Shown here piece after piece: positions 1 through 12,240 of a stretch of 64,000 nt of DNA. Within the stretch, counting starts at the first letter, position 1. Every line of letters starts with the position of its first letter. The notes beneath the pieces are model-generated. The model was not told the DNA's origin and did not search any database. It worked only from the letters and a program-made list of their open reading frames with translations. The position numbers were made by a program, and so were the translations under genes. The stretch is from Mobula hypostoma (taxonomy: Eukaryota): contig NC_086097.1 in assembly GCF_963921235.1 (NCBI RefSeq), positions 124,436,001-124,500,000 of the forward strand, given 5' to 3'.

Positions 1-454
1 ATCTCATAATCTCTTCTTTCTCCCCCCGCTGTACCTGGCCTCCTTTGTCCATCACCTCCCCCCCACCCTCAACTGGTTGCACCCACCGTGGAACAACTTG
101 TGCTTTACTCGCACTCTTACGCCCTCTCAATCTTGATGTGGGATCTCAACCCAAAGCCTTTGCCCCACAGATACTCAATTCACTGGGTTCTTGCAGCAGT
201 TTACATTTCTGCTCTACAGTACAGCATCTGCAGGCTTGAGTCCACACTCCCAAGCCACCAAGCACCCGCGTCAACACCTTTCAGCAGCTTAGCATGCACT
301 GACAGGCTTGGAACGATAAAGTTTGTGGAGCCTCCTCTTTACACCAGAGGCTTACCTGCCCAACATCAATGCATGGTTGAAAGTGACAGCCTCGATCGGA
401 TTTGTTAGTCTTGGGGCTGCTGGATTTGCTGGGAGCAAATTCAGAAAAAAAAGA

Positions 455-1160
455 GGTGAAAAGGGACTTGGGAGCCCTCATGTATGATTCCCTAAAGGTT
501 AACTTGCAGGTTGAGTTGGTGGTAGGGAAGGCAAATGCAATGTCAGCATTCATTTCGAGAGGACTAGAACATAAAAGCAGGGATGTAATGCTGAGGCTTT
601 ATAAGTTGTTGGTCAGTCTGCACTTTGAGTATTGTGAGCAGTTTTGGGCCTCTTATCTAAAAAGGGGAGGGCCCAGATGAGAGTCACAAGAATGAGCCCG
701 GGAATGAAAAGGTTAATGTACGAGGAGTACTTGATGGCTCTGAGACTGTACTTGTTGCAGCTTAGAAGAATGAGGGGGGAATCTCATTGAATCCTATCGA
801 ATATTGAAAGGTCTAGATAGAGTGGACGAGAAGATGTTTCCAAGAATGAGAGAGTTTAGGACCAAAGGCCACAACCTCAGATTAGAAGGAAGTCCCTTTA
901 GAACAGAAATGAGGAGGGAATTCTTTAGCCAGAGGGTGATAAATCTGTGGAGCCCATTGCCATAGATGGCTATGGAAACCAAGTCATTGGGTATATTTAA
1001 CACAGTGGTTGATAGGTTCTTGATTAGTAAGGGTGTCAAAGGTTACAAGGAAAAGGCAAGAGGATGGGGTTAAATGGGATAATAAATCAGCCATACTGGA
1101 ATGGCAGAGTAGACTCGATGGGCTGTATGGCCTAATTCTGCTCTTTGTCTTCTGGTCTTC
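455..1160 (+). mobile_element. CR1-type LINE, decayed 3' fragment (RT C-terminus plus 3' UTR)
   Basis: Peptide KANAMSAFISRGLEHKSRDVMLRLYK..HFEYCEQFW; 3' UTR shared with other copies in the window. Confidence 0.88.
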
Positions 1161-1284
1161 TATCTACAGCATGCTGGGCTTTGTCATTCAGCACACTTGC
1201 ACACATTTGCCGTGGTTGGCAGCTCGTTTTCAGATCCCACGTGTTCATCTGTGCCAAGCCAGGGTTGGTCTGCTATGATCATCA

Positions 1285-2972
1285 GAAGCAGAGTCGGGTT
1301 TAATATCATTGGCATATGTCATGAAATTTGTTAACTTAGCAGCAACAGTGCAACACAATACATGATAATAGAGAGAAAAAGAGAAAACTGTGACGTAGTT
1401 ACAGGAAAGTAGGACAAAAAAAAGGAAATTAAAAAAATGTAGTGAGGTAGTGTTCACGGGTTCAATGTCCATTTAGAAATCGGATGGCAGAGGGAAGAAG
1501 CTGTTCCTGAATCGCTGAGTGTGTGCCTTCAGGCTTCTGTACCTCCTTCCTGATGGTAACAATGAGAAGAGGGCATGTCCTGGGTGATGGGGGTCCTTAA
1601 TGATGGATGTTACCTTTCTGGGGCACCGCTCCTTGAAGATGTCCTGGATACTATGGAGGCTAGCGCCTATGATGGAGCTGGCTAATTTTACAACTCTCTG
1701 CAGCTTACTTCAATCCTGTGCAGTCGCCTCGTCCCATACCAGATGGTGATGCTTGTTAAAATGCTCTCCATGGTACATCCACAGAAAATTCTGAGTGTTT
1801 TTGGTGACATAGAAACATAGAAACATAGAAAATAGGTGCAGGAGTAGGCCATTCGGCCCTTCGAGCCTGCACCGCCATTCAGTATGATCATGGCTGATCA
1901 TCCAACTCAGAACCCTGTACCTGCCTTCCCTCCATACCCCCTGATCCCTTTAGCCACTAGGGCCATATCTAACTCCCTCTTAAATACAGCCAATGAACTG
2001 GCCTCAACTGTTTCCTGTGGCAGAGAATTCCACAGATTCACCACTCTCTGTGTGAAGAAGTTGTTCCTCATCTCGATCCTAAAAGGCTTTCCCTTTATCC
2101 TCAAACTGTGACCCCTCGTTCTGGACTACCCCAACATCGGAAACAATCTTCCTGCATCTAGCCTGTCCAATCCCTTTAGAATTTTATACGTTTCAATAAG
2201 ATCCCCGCTCAATCTTCTAAATTCCAACGAATATAAGCCTAGTCAATCCAGTCTTTCATCATATGAAAGTCCTGCCATCCCAGGAATCAATCTGGTGAAC
2301 TTTCTTTGTACTCCCTCTATGGCAAGAATGTCTTTCCTCAGATTAGGGGACCAAAACTGCACACAATACTCCAGGTGTGGTCTCACCAAGGCCTTGTACG
2401 ACTGCAGTAGAACCTCCCTGCTCCTGTACTCGAATCTTCTTGCTATGAATGCCAGCATATCATTCGCCTTTTTCACCGCCTGCTGTACCTGCGTGCCCAC
2501 TTTCAGTGACTGGTGTACAATGACACACAATGACATACCAAATCTTCTCAAACTCCTAATGAAATAGAGCTGTTGTTTTGCCTTCTTTTAAGCTGTATCG
2601 ATATGTTGGGTCCAGGTCAGGTCCTCAGAGATATTGATACTTAGGAACTTGAAACTGCTCACTCTCTCCACTTCTGATCCCCTCTATGAGGACCGGTGTG
2701 TGTTTCCTCATCTTACTCTTCCTGAAGTCCACAATCAGTTCTCTAGTCTTACTGACACTGAGTACAAGGTTGTTGCTGCGACACCACTCCACTAGCTGGT
2801 ATATCTCACTCCCTCTCGCCACCATCTGAGATTCTGCCAACAATGGGTGTATTGTCAGCAAATTTATAGATAGCATTTGAGCTGTGCCCTGCCACACAGT
2901 CATGAGTGTAGAGAGTAGAATAGTGGGCTAAGCACACACCCCTGAGGTGCGCCAGTGTTAAGTGTCAGCGAG
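1285..2972 (-). mobile_element. Rex1/Babar-like LINE 3' fragment, split by a CR1 insertion at 1812-2530
   Basis: Peptides WCRSNNLVLSVSKTRELIVDFRK and MSPKTL..ESILT..ITIWYG are contiguous once the CR1 is removed. Confidence 0.8.
1812..2530 (-). mobile_element. CR1-type LINE, young 5'-truncated copy with (TTTCTATG)n tail
   Basis: ORFs 2243..2551 (RPHLEYCVQFWSP) and 1907..2104 (FFTQRVVNLWNSLP); TGACATA repeated at 1805-1811 and 2531-2537. Confidence 0.92.
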
Positions 2973-4119
2973 GATTATGAAGGTAAAGTATGGATCAGAG
3001 CAAGTCACTAGGTTCCAGACTGGAATCAGCCTTTTATTCCCTCTTTCCCAGGGATTTATGAGTACATTTATGAAACGTGTGTACAAAACGATAACACAGA
3101 AATTCCAGCACACCAAATAAGATTGGAAAATGTTGGTGAGACTGGAGTACGAGTACCTGCTGTTGGCAATTCCGGATTTGAGAACATCGGTCAGACCCGA
3201 TGCTGTAGATGTCCGAGAGTCCGCAGGGGAGGTGGAAGCCCAGTGTCTGCAGGAGGATAGGGGACTGTGCTAGGGCTAAATGTGTATGGCTGGGAGGGAT
3301 GAAGGGAGCTTGTTTTTGCTGCTGTTATTTGGTGCTTGTGTAATGTCCTGGTTCATATTTTTTACTGTTGTGCTGTTCTGTATTTCAATTGTGCTGTTCT
3401 CTGCAAGCCTCTTGTTTGGGTTACTGTTGAAGATAAGAGATAGAGAATTGTGTGCCATCCAATTAGGGTGGCTGGATTAAGGGGAGGTTTCTCTGGTGAG
3501 GGACACTAAGGCTGGGCTTGGGGCTTTTGTTAAGGAGATGAAGGGGGAAGACACCAGAGAGAAGAGGTCGTAGGATTCGACCTGGAGTGGGGCTGTGATT
3601 CGATGAAGCCTGGGGTGAGATCGAAGGAGGATTGGCAAAGGGGAAACCGTGAGCTCCAACTTGTGCACATTAGACTGTTTCATTAAATTGGGCCCTGTTC
3701 TTTTTTTTTGGTCTTTCTTTACTAACCCTTTAGTCAAATTAAGAATTATAAGCTAAATCTTTTAATTGTATGCAGTGTACTGTCTGTTACTTTGCGGTAC
3801 TCATTTGTAACGATAATGAATCAGGCAGCATCCACACAAACGGGTTTGGGGTTTGGGGTTTTGGCTGGACTCGCGCCTCAACCTCACACGTTTGGCGGGG
3901 CCGGACGTTGTTTTCCCCGGACTAATACAGCCAACAGAACCAGAGTGTTTCCCTTGTTGTTCTGCAAAACATTGTGGATGTGTGAGGTTGGTGCCAGAAT
4001 GTGTGGCAACATTTACGGGCCGCTCTCAGCACACCCTCAAATATATTGGTTGTTAATGTAAACAATGTATTTCGAAAGTCAAGTGACAAATAAACTTGAA
4101 TCTTGAAAACAAAACTTTC

Positions 4120-4870
4120 CTTTGCCTATTGAATATTTAGTCCGGCACCTCTTGCCAAATCCCACATGTACCGCTAAAAAAAAGCATACCCTTGCCCATA
4201 AAGCCATTGTAAAGTGTCAATTAGAAGATACTGTAAAGATGTGGAAGAAGGTCTTGTGGTCAGATGAGACTAAAGTGGAACATTTTGGCCTCAACACTAA
4301 GTGGTACGTGTGGTTAAATCTAACATTGCACATCGATTTACTAACACCAACCCTACTGTAAAGTATGGTGGAGGTAGCATCATGTAATGGGATGCTTGTC
4401 AGCAGCAGGGATGGGAAATCTGGTCAGGATTGATGGGAAGATGAATGTTGCTAAACACAGAGAGATCCTGGATAAAAACCTGCTAGCCTCTGCCAGAAAG
4501 CCTAAACTGGGGAGGAAGTTCGTCTTTCAGCAGAATAACGACCCAAAGCGCACTGCCAGAGCAACCACAGAGAGGTTTTAAAAAGAAAACTACCATGTCC
4601 TTGAATGACTCAGAGACCTGACCTTAATCTGATTGAACATCCCTGGCAAGATCTCAAGATTGCTGTCCACCCCTACTCCCCAACTAACCTGGCACAGCTT
4701 GATCAAAGAGGAAGAATATTTTTGAACTACTGTCATACCAGTTTTTGATTTTTTACTTTTTCATGCTTTACAATTATCCCTGCTTTTTGGGCTCGACAGT
4801 GAAAAAAGGAGCATGTGATTCACAAATAAAAATTCTCAGTTGAATTGATCAACATCTCTGATTGTAAGAC
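4120..4870 (+). mobile_element. Tc1-family DNA transposon, decayed transposase C-terminal part
   Basis: Motifs [31 protein letters not shown]; several stops and frameshifts. Confidence 0.88.
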
Positions 4871-4874
4871 TATA

Positions 4875-7800
4875 TGATATAATTACTATATAGAGAGCAA
4901 CAGCATATTCAAGTTTAAATTGTCCCATTCAGGCCTAAAGATTCGCTGCGGAGCATTCCTTACTCCTGTGGGACAGCTTTCCTGACAAAGAGGGGTCATT
5001 CTGCTGAGCAAGTCAGACTTGTGGCTGTGGAAAAATCTCAGATTCGGGGGCCTCCTCCAGGGTGGTTGCAGGAGTTGACTCTGGGACTCCAGGAAGTGGC
5101 TCTGACAGCTCTGGACACCTTACATCTCTGTTTAAAATGATTCTGCTCTCCTCAACTGATCGATGTGTCACCTCCCGATGATAACAGGCACAATCACCAT
5201 TGTGCAGGAGAGTGATCCAGTTCCGTCCTAAATCTTTCCAGGTACCTACTTTTGTTCACATTGTAGTCCCGCGCAAGAACTGTTTGTCCAGGAATGAAAC
5301 ATCGAACCCCCTTGTTTGAGGAGATTTCAATCCATCTTAGTTGTTTGTCCTGCATACTCCTTCTGAGATTGGGCTTGAGGAAATCCAAGCGTGAACACAT
5401 GGAACGACCCAGGAACAGCACAGCTGGTGAGTTGTTGGTTGCGGAGTGGGCTGCATTGCCATATGCAAGGAGGAGATTGGCGAGCTTCTGATTCAGTGTT
5501 AGTGCAGTGTGTTCTGCTTGTTGTGTGTTCTTTAGACTCTGGACAAACATTTCCACCAAGCTGGGTAGTACGGTGCCTGTGTAATACGTTATATTCCATT
5601 CATTTTCAGGAATGACCGAAACTGCTCCCCCACAAACTGAGGTCCATTGCCACTGACTAAGTGTTATGGAACACCAGTCCTTGAGAAGAGGCCTCTCAAC
5701 ACATAAAAGGTGTGCGAGGCTGTAGGGGAGGCTGTTGGGAACACTTCAGGCCTCTTTGTAGCTGCATCCACTACTACCAAGAAATTTGTGCCCATGAATG
5801 GTCTAGAAAATTAACATGAATCCCCCGCCATGACATTGCAGGTCATCCCAGGGATGGAGAGGCACTGTTCTTGGCATCTTCTGGACGTGTTGGCATCCCA
5901 AACAGTGCATGGTGAGCTGATCTATCCCAGGCCACCAGACAAAGCTTCAAACCAATTCTTTTATTTTGACCATGCCTAGATGACCAGCACATAGCTCCTC
6001 CAACACCTTAGCTCTCAGCATTAATGGTACAACAACTCTCAACCCCACATACGGCAACCTCTGTCAAGGACAAGTTCATCCCAGCGATGGTAAAAATGGT
6101 GGAACTGGGATTTCTGCTGCACCTTCTAACCATTTTTGGTAGCCATGTAGACCTGAGACAGTGTGGGATCTTTTCTGGTTTCCCTTTGGATCATCTCTGC
6201 CGTAATTGGGTAACTTTCAATTTGTATTAGGGAGAATACATTCAGAGGGGTGTCCTCTTTTGTAAATTCTTCAGTATTTTCCTTTTCAAAGGGTAAATGG
6301 AGCAATCCATCAGTGTTTCCATGATTATTTGTTCTCTTTAATTCAATCTCCTAATTGTGTCCTCCAAGAAACAGAGCTCACCTCTGCGTAGATGCTGCTT
6401 CTGTTAGTTGACAGCCTTATGTGGATTGAAAATGGACACTAGTGGTTGATGATCAGTAGTGAAGGTAAACTCTCTCTCATACAAGTACTGGTTGAAACGT
6501 TCTACACTCCAAACCAGACTCAAGGCCTGTCTGTTAATCTGTGTGCAATCTTTTCATTTAGACTGCTTTACACCTCTGTGCCCATTGCCATTTCTTCCTG
6601 TTCTGTAGTAATAAGTTCAAGGTGTGGAGCGCAGCAGCCAGGTTTGGCAAGAACCTGTTATGGTAAAAAGGACCGCTACTGTAACACGTCCTTTGGCTTT
6701 GGGGCATCCAGCACTGCTTGAGTATTCTCATCACACTTGTGTAAATCTTGTGCATCAATGGTGTGACCACACTAAGTGATGATTGGTTTAAAGAATTCAC
6801 ATTTGTTTCGTCATCTTCTGAGCCCATAATCTTCTAATCTTTTTAACACTGTTTTGAGATTTTTGGAGATGTTCTTTGTCATCCTTACTGGTAACAATGA
6901 TGTTAAAACTGGGTGCCTGGGCAGCCTTACAGCACCTAGCCCATAGCTTTCTGCCACAGTGCAGGTGCCGATGCTACTCCAAAAACAAGCCTATTATAGT
7001 GATAAAGCCCTTTGTGAGTGTTTGTGGTGAGAAACACTTTGGACCTTTCTTCCATCGCCATCTGTTGTTAGGCCTCAGCTGAGTCCACTTTGCTGAAATA
7101 TTTTCCTCCCGAAAGGTTTGCAAATATATCCTCTAGCCTGGATACAGGGTATTGATCTACTTTCAGTACTGAGATGATGGTGACCTTACAATCACTACAG
7201 ATCCTGACAGACCCATTCTTCTAGGCTACCGAGTCCAGAAGCATTGCCCATGGGCTTTACTCAACCTTGGAAAGAATTCCTTCATCCTCCATGCATTCTA
7301 GCTCACTGGCTACTTTATCACAGATGATATAAGGAACCAGACCGGCTTTTTAAAACTTGGGTGTGGCATTTTCATAACACTATTTTACCGTTGATATGTT
7401 TGAGTTTTCCAACGCCAGCCTTGAACACGACTGTGGCATCATCCAGTACCTTTCTTAATTTGATTTCAGTTGATCCTATTGCAGGGGATGTGGCATGAAA
7501 ATGGCGGATGGATCTCCAATCAAGTTGTAGTTGTCTCTGACAATCATGGCCCCATAATTCTGGCCGTCCTGCTTTTACCATATACAAGCCCAATGTGGCT
7601 TGTTGCATGTTGCATTTCACTGTTACGAATGTCATACCCACGGGATTTATCGTTTCTCTAATATAAGTTCTTAGAAGCATATCCACAGGCTTCTGTTCAG
7701 TATCTTTGAAATGCTGCTCAAACTCATTTTGTGGAATGACTGAAACAGCCGAGCCAGTGTCCAATTCCATTTTAATTAATTTGCTGTTCACTTCGTGTGT

Positions 7801-8225
7801 GAACCATATTGCTTCTCTCCTGTTAGTTTTCACGTTGTAAATCTCAAGGCTACCTAGTCCTATGTCACTCTCCAATGTCTCGTGCTTCAACAGGCAAGTA
7901 GGCGATTCGGGTTTGTTTAAAACTTCCTCATCGCCATTGTTATGTTTTATAACTCTAAAACTTAAAACTAATTGAAAGGAAACGTGGTGCCGTGAATGCG
8001 CGTCTTTGTTTTTTTTTAAACTTGAAGTAAGGCGTGCACATGACATGGAGCCACACAGGGCTGAAGTCTGATTAAGCAGGGTGCTGTCTATGTGAAGTTG
8101 TGACAATATGCCATTCATGTACTTTTACATGTAACAGTAATTATGTAATCAACAAAAAATGCTTTATCAAACAATATATTTACAATATTACTCAAATATT
8201 ACTGAAATATTAAATAGCAGCAACA
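4875..8225 (-). mobile_element. Gypsy/Ty3 LTR retrotransposon remnant: 5' LTR 8225-7938, PBS, protease-RT-RNaseH-integrase; gag and 3' LTR missing
   Basis: TGT...ACA LTR followed by PBS-like TGGCGATGAGG (7936-7926); protease MELDTGSAVS; RT FSKVD and [13 protein letters not shown]; integrase C-terminal ORF 5194..5559; many disablements. Confidence 0.88.
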
Positions 8226-8563
8226 TTCTCTGTTCAAACACACTCCTTCTCATGAGTATTTTTGTCAATAGATTTAAATAAATCCCAGCTGGTCTGATAG
8301 TAAAAGCATTAGTAAGTTGGCGCTTATTTTAACATTTTCTAGTAAAGCCAAAAAAAGGCCTCTGTTCCTCACAGGATGCAGCTGTTTTCAATGTGGTAAA
8401 TAAAAGATGTTCTCCAGAAGTTTTACAGATGGGACACAGGATTTGTTTTTCAGAAAGGAAACAATATTTTCAAAAGCACAGTTTAAACAGACTTTATCAG
8501 TTATTGCCATTTGCAAAGCATACGAGAATACTAGAGGTCAACATTTCAAAAGATATTACTTGC

Positions 8564-8767
8564 CTGGATACCGATCTGCCAACATCGTATTCTGTTAATC
8601 TTGAAACTGAACTCTTCGATGTGGTTCTTTGGTAACCGAACACAGCAGTTAATTTCATAATTGCCCACACGAACAGTAGCAGGGCAGTTGGGCTCTGGAT
8701 AATCACAGGTGCAAGCCTCAAACTGTAGATGCCCATAGAACTTCACTTCCCTCATAAGTTCGAGGAA
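8564..8767 (-). CDS. SNX31: SNX31-like internal exon E (204 nt, phase 0->0): FLELMREVKFYGHLQFEACTCDYPEPNCPATVRVGNYEINCCVRLPKNHIEEFSFKINRIRCWQIGIQ (PTB-like F3 module)
   Basis: Acceptor ttcttccttag. Overlaps ORF 8546..8755. FLEL.REV..YG.LQ, CTCDYPE, VGN.EI.CC and CWQ match recalled SNX31. The 3' boundary assumes a GC donor CAG|gcaagt. Confidence 0.92.
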
Positions 8768-10061
8768 CTAAGGAAGAATAATTTTAAAATAGATGAAAAG
8801 TGATTAAAAGTGAAATTCTTTCTGGGGTTCTCAACAGTGCATCAGTTCTTACTTCTAAATAATGGTAGTTAACCCAGGACCAAAGTCCTGCTATTCAAAA
8901 CTTATCTTAATTAAACAGGTTGAAGTTTCATTCTTTTAACTTCAAAACTCTCAGGGATATTTGATTACAGGAAAATGACTATGTTTTGTGCATAACCATA
9001 TACAAATGATTCTAAAGATTGTTGACAGGAAAACATCAACCCGCCCCCAATCAAAGTGCAAAAAAAAATTGAACAAACAGCAGAAAGAGCGAAAAGCATA
9101 GAATATAAAACAATAACCCACAAGGTCATTGAAAGAGTCCAGACCTATTCAGTTCAGCTCAGTTCAGTTCAGCCTAGTGCAAATAGTGATAAAGTCACGG
9201 GAATAGACTAAGTCAAAGATTTCTTTATGCATCAGAATGGTTACATCACCAATATTATCACAGCGTGGATTCCAGTGTGCCTCTTGGCGACATTATCAAG
9301 CAAGTTCTATCACTGAGCCACACAGGGCAGACGTCTGATCAATCAGGGTGCTGTCTACGTGAAGTTTGGTAGTTCTCCTTGTCACCACGTGGGCTCGATT
9401 GTATGCTTCTGTTTTCTCCCATGTCCCAGGTTAGTGTTGCCATGGGCATGTCATGGTAGAATCTGGGGATGGGGTGGGGGGAGGGAGTAGAGGGAATGTA
9501 AGGAGAATTTTTTTTTAAAGGAGCTAATATTGGTTTTGGGCATGGATGCAGTGGATTGATAGGCCAGTTTCCCACTCCTCTCTCACTCTGAGGTAGGGCA
9601 CATTTTAGAGAAAGACTTTACTTTTACACAGCACCTTTCAAGACTTTAGATCATTCATTCCAAACAGCCAATGCCCACAAGCTGCACTGCAGGAGTGTTC
9701 AGATGTTTTTGAGACCTCAAGAGTTAAGAATTGAATCAGAATCGGGTTTACTATCAGTGACATATGTCATGAAATGTGTTATTTTGTGGCAGCTGGTCAC
9801 TGAGATACAAAGGAATTAGTGCCATTTCAGAGAAACATCAGACAAATGCCTGAGAGCGTAGGAGAAAACAGCAGAAATTCAATTCCTTAAAATGACATCA
9901 AGAAATCATTCTTGACACCAAGTGGGAATCAGAATCCGATTCAACACGAGCTAAATGATTCTGTTCAGGCAGTGATCTCATTGCTTCCAAGTGAGGAAGA
10001 AGAGGAGTATTGCAAGTAGGATAATCCATAACCAGAATCAGGTTTACTATCATGGACATAT

Positions 10062-11560
10062 AGAACATAGAAAACCACAGCACATTACAGGCCCTTCGGC
10101 CCACAATGTTGTGCCGACCATGTAACCTACTCTAGAAACTGCCTAGAATTTCCCTACCGCATAGCTCTCTATTTTTCTAATCTCCATGTACCTATCTCTA
10201 AGAGTCTCCATTGCATCCAGCTCCACTATCATTGATGGCAGTGCATTCCACACACCCAACACTCTGTGTGAAAAACTCTGACATCGCCCCCTGTACCTAC
10301 TTCCTAGCACCATAGAACTATGCCCCCTTGTGTTAGCCAATTCAGCCCTGGGAAAAAGCCTCTGACTATCCACACAATCAGTGCCTCTCATCATCTTATA
10401 CACCTCTATCAGGTCACCTCTCATCCTCCGTCGCTCCAAGGAGAAAAGGCCAAGTTCACTCAACCTATTCTCAGACATCCCACCGCTCCCAGAAGTTCCG
10501 CGAGTCTCCCGCATATTAATAGTGGCTCCCTGATGCCCGCAAATTATATACAATGTCCCGGAAATCAATTTTTTTGTGAGCGAGAGAGCGCGCGAGAGCG
10601 ACCACGAGAGAGAGAACGAGCCTGCGAGTGCGCGAGAGCGACCACAAGAGAGAAGGAGCGAGCGTGAGAGAGAGCGAGCGCAAGAGAGAGAGAGTGAGCG
10701 AGCGAGCGAGAGCGTGCCATGGCAGAGTGTTCCATAAAAAGAATATATAAAACGTACGTCACCCCAGACTACACTAAAGTGTACCCCTGCCTAATAGGGG
10801 TCAAAAATAATGACAGTGTTGCTCGCTGCACTGTTTGCAACAGTGACTTTTCTATTGCCCATGGTGGGTTAAGACTGTAAAAGACATGTTGAGGTGAGTT
10901 TAACAGGTGTCATTTGTTCAATAGCATAGCTAACATTATTTAAACTAGCTGGCTAGCTGCTAAGGAGCTACTCTATTGCAGGCATCCCGCCTCTCCTAGA
11001 AGTTCAGGGAGTCTCCTGCAAATTGATGGTGCTACCTCCCTGAAATGAGTTTTTGCAGGGTGGGATGTCTGTATTCTCATAAGGCACAATGTCCAATTCA
11101 GGCAACATCCTTCTAAAACTCCTCTGCACTCTCTGTATAGTATCCACATCTTTCTTGTAGTGAGGTGACCAGAACTGAACACGGTACTGCAAGTGGGGTC
11201 TGACCAAGGTCTTATTTAGCTGTAACACTATCTCATGGCTCTTGAAGTCAGTCCCATGACTGATGAATGCCAACAGATCATACACCTTCTTAACAACACT
11301 GTCAACCTGCGCAGGAGCTTTGAGTGTCCTATGGACACGGACCCCAGGATCTTTCTGATCCTCCACACAGACAAGAGTCTTACCATTAATACTATACTCT
11401 GTCTTCAAATTTGACCTACCAAAATGAACCACTTCCCACTCATCTAGTTTGAACTCGGCCTGCCACATCTCAGCCCAGTTCTGCATCCTATCGATGACCC
11501 GCTATTACTTCTGACAACCCTCCAGACTATCCACAACACCTCCAATCTTTGTGTCACAAG
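10062..11560 (-). mobile_element. CR1-type LINE fragment, split by a hAT-like element
   Basis: ORFs 11004..11486 (RPHLQYRVQFWSP) and 10143..10568 (LFSLERRRMRGDLIEVYK) are contiguous across the insertion. Confidence 0.9.
10472..11071 (+). mobile_element. Non-autonomous hAT-like DNA transposon (600 bp) with a BED-finger remnant
   Basis: 13-bp TIR CAGACATCCCACC at both ends; TATTCT duplicated at 10466-10471 and 11072-11077; internal peptide from ATG 10719 ...ARCTVCNSDFSIAHGGL/DCKRHVE. Confidence 0.82.
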
Positions 11561-11929
11561 TCATTAAATTTGTTGATCTGCGGCAGCAGTACAATGCAAT
11601 ACATAAAATAAACAATAATCTGCAATAGGAGCAATGCAAAAAGAGAAAAAATATGAGGCGATTTTCATAGGTTCGATGTCTGTTCAGAAATCTGATGGAA
11701 AAGGGAAGGAAGCTGTTTCTAAAATGGTGAGTGTCCGAAAATTGAAGGGGATTCCTCCATTCCTCTTCAAAACAGTGTGATTGGGAACCTAACTATCCTC
11801 CTGACTTGAATGTCTCATCTAAATGGTAAAGTGTCCATTTGTGAAGCACTTCCTCCACATCGTATGATGTCTCTGGACAGATTTTTGTGTTTAGGTTTCT
11901 GGGGAACCTAAGAGGTAGAACAACAAAAA

Positions 11930-12240
11930 TCAGACCGGCAGGTTAGCAGAACCCGATTACAACAGCAGCATTCGCAAGACTGGGCTTTGATTCCTGCCAC
12001 TTTCTGAAAGGAGCTTGTATGTTTTCCCTGTGACCATATGGGTTTCTTCTGTGCACTTTCCCTCCCAAAACCCAAAAGCAGGTTATGCTAGGTTTGAGTA
12101 AGTTGTGGCCATGTTATGTTGGGCAGAAGCATGGGGACAATTGCAGGCTGAGCTCAGCATTTCACAAATGATAACGCAAGCGATACACTTCACTGCATGT
12201 TTCGATGTACACGTGACAATAAAGCTAATCTTTAAAATCA
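11930..12240 (+). mobile_element. V-domain (HE1-like) tRNA-derived SINE, decayed
   Basis: V-domain-like ggagcttgtatgttttccctgtgaccatatgggtttc; 3' end catgtttcgatgtacacgtgacaataaagctaatc shared with copies at ~32310 and ~48610. Confidence 0.65.

Noticed and set aside
350..440. Minus-strand CAG|gtaagc donor as the next SNX31 exon
   Set aside because: The upstream peptide has no similarity to the expected LELxFxY...WxxIxxxQ segment; that exon is probably outside the window.
3410..3950. Possible solo LTR inside the repeat at 3150-4107
   Set aside because: I could not define TG...CA ends, a TSD or a second copy, so it is left unclassified.
10320..10762. Arg/Glu-rich and Ser/Leu-rich ORFs
   Set aside because: Translations of the (GA/GAGC)n microsatellite inside the hAT-like element.
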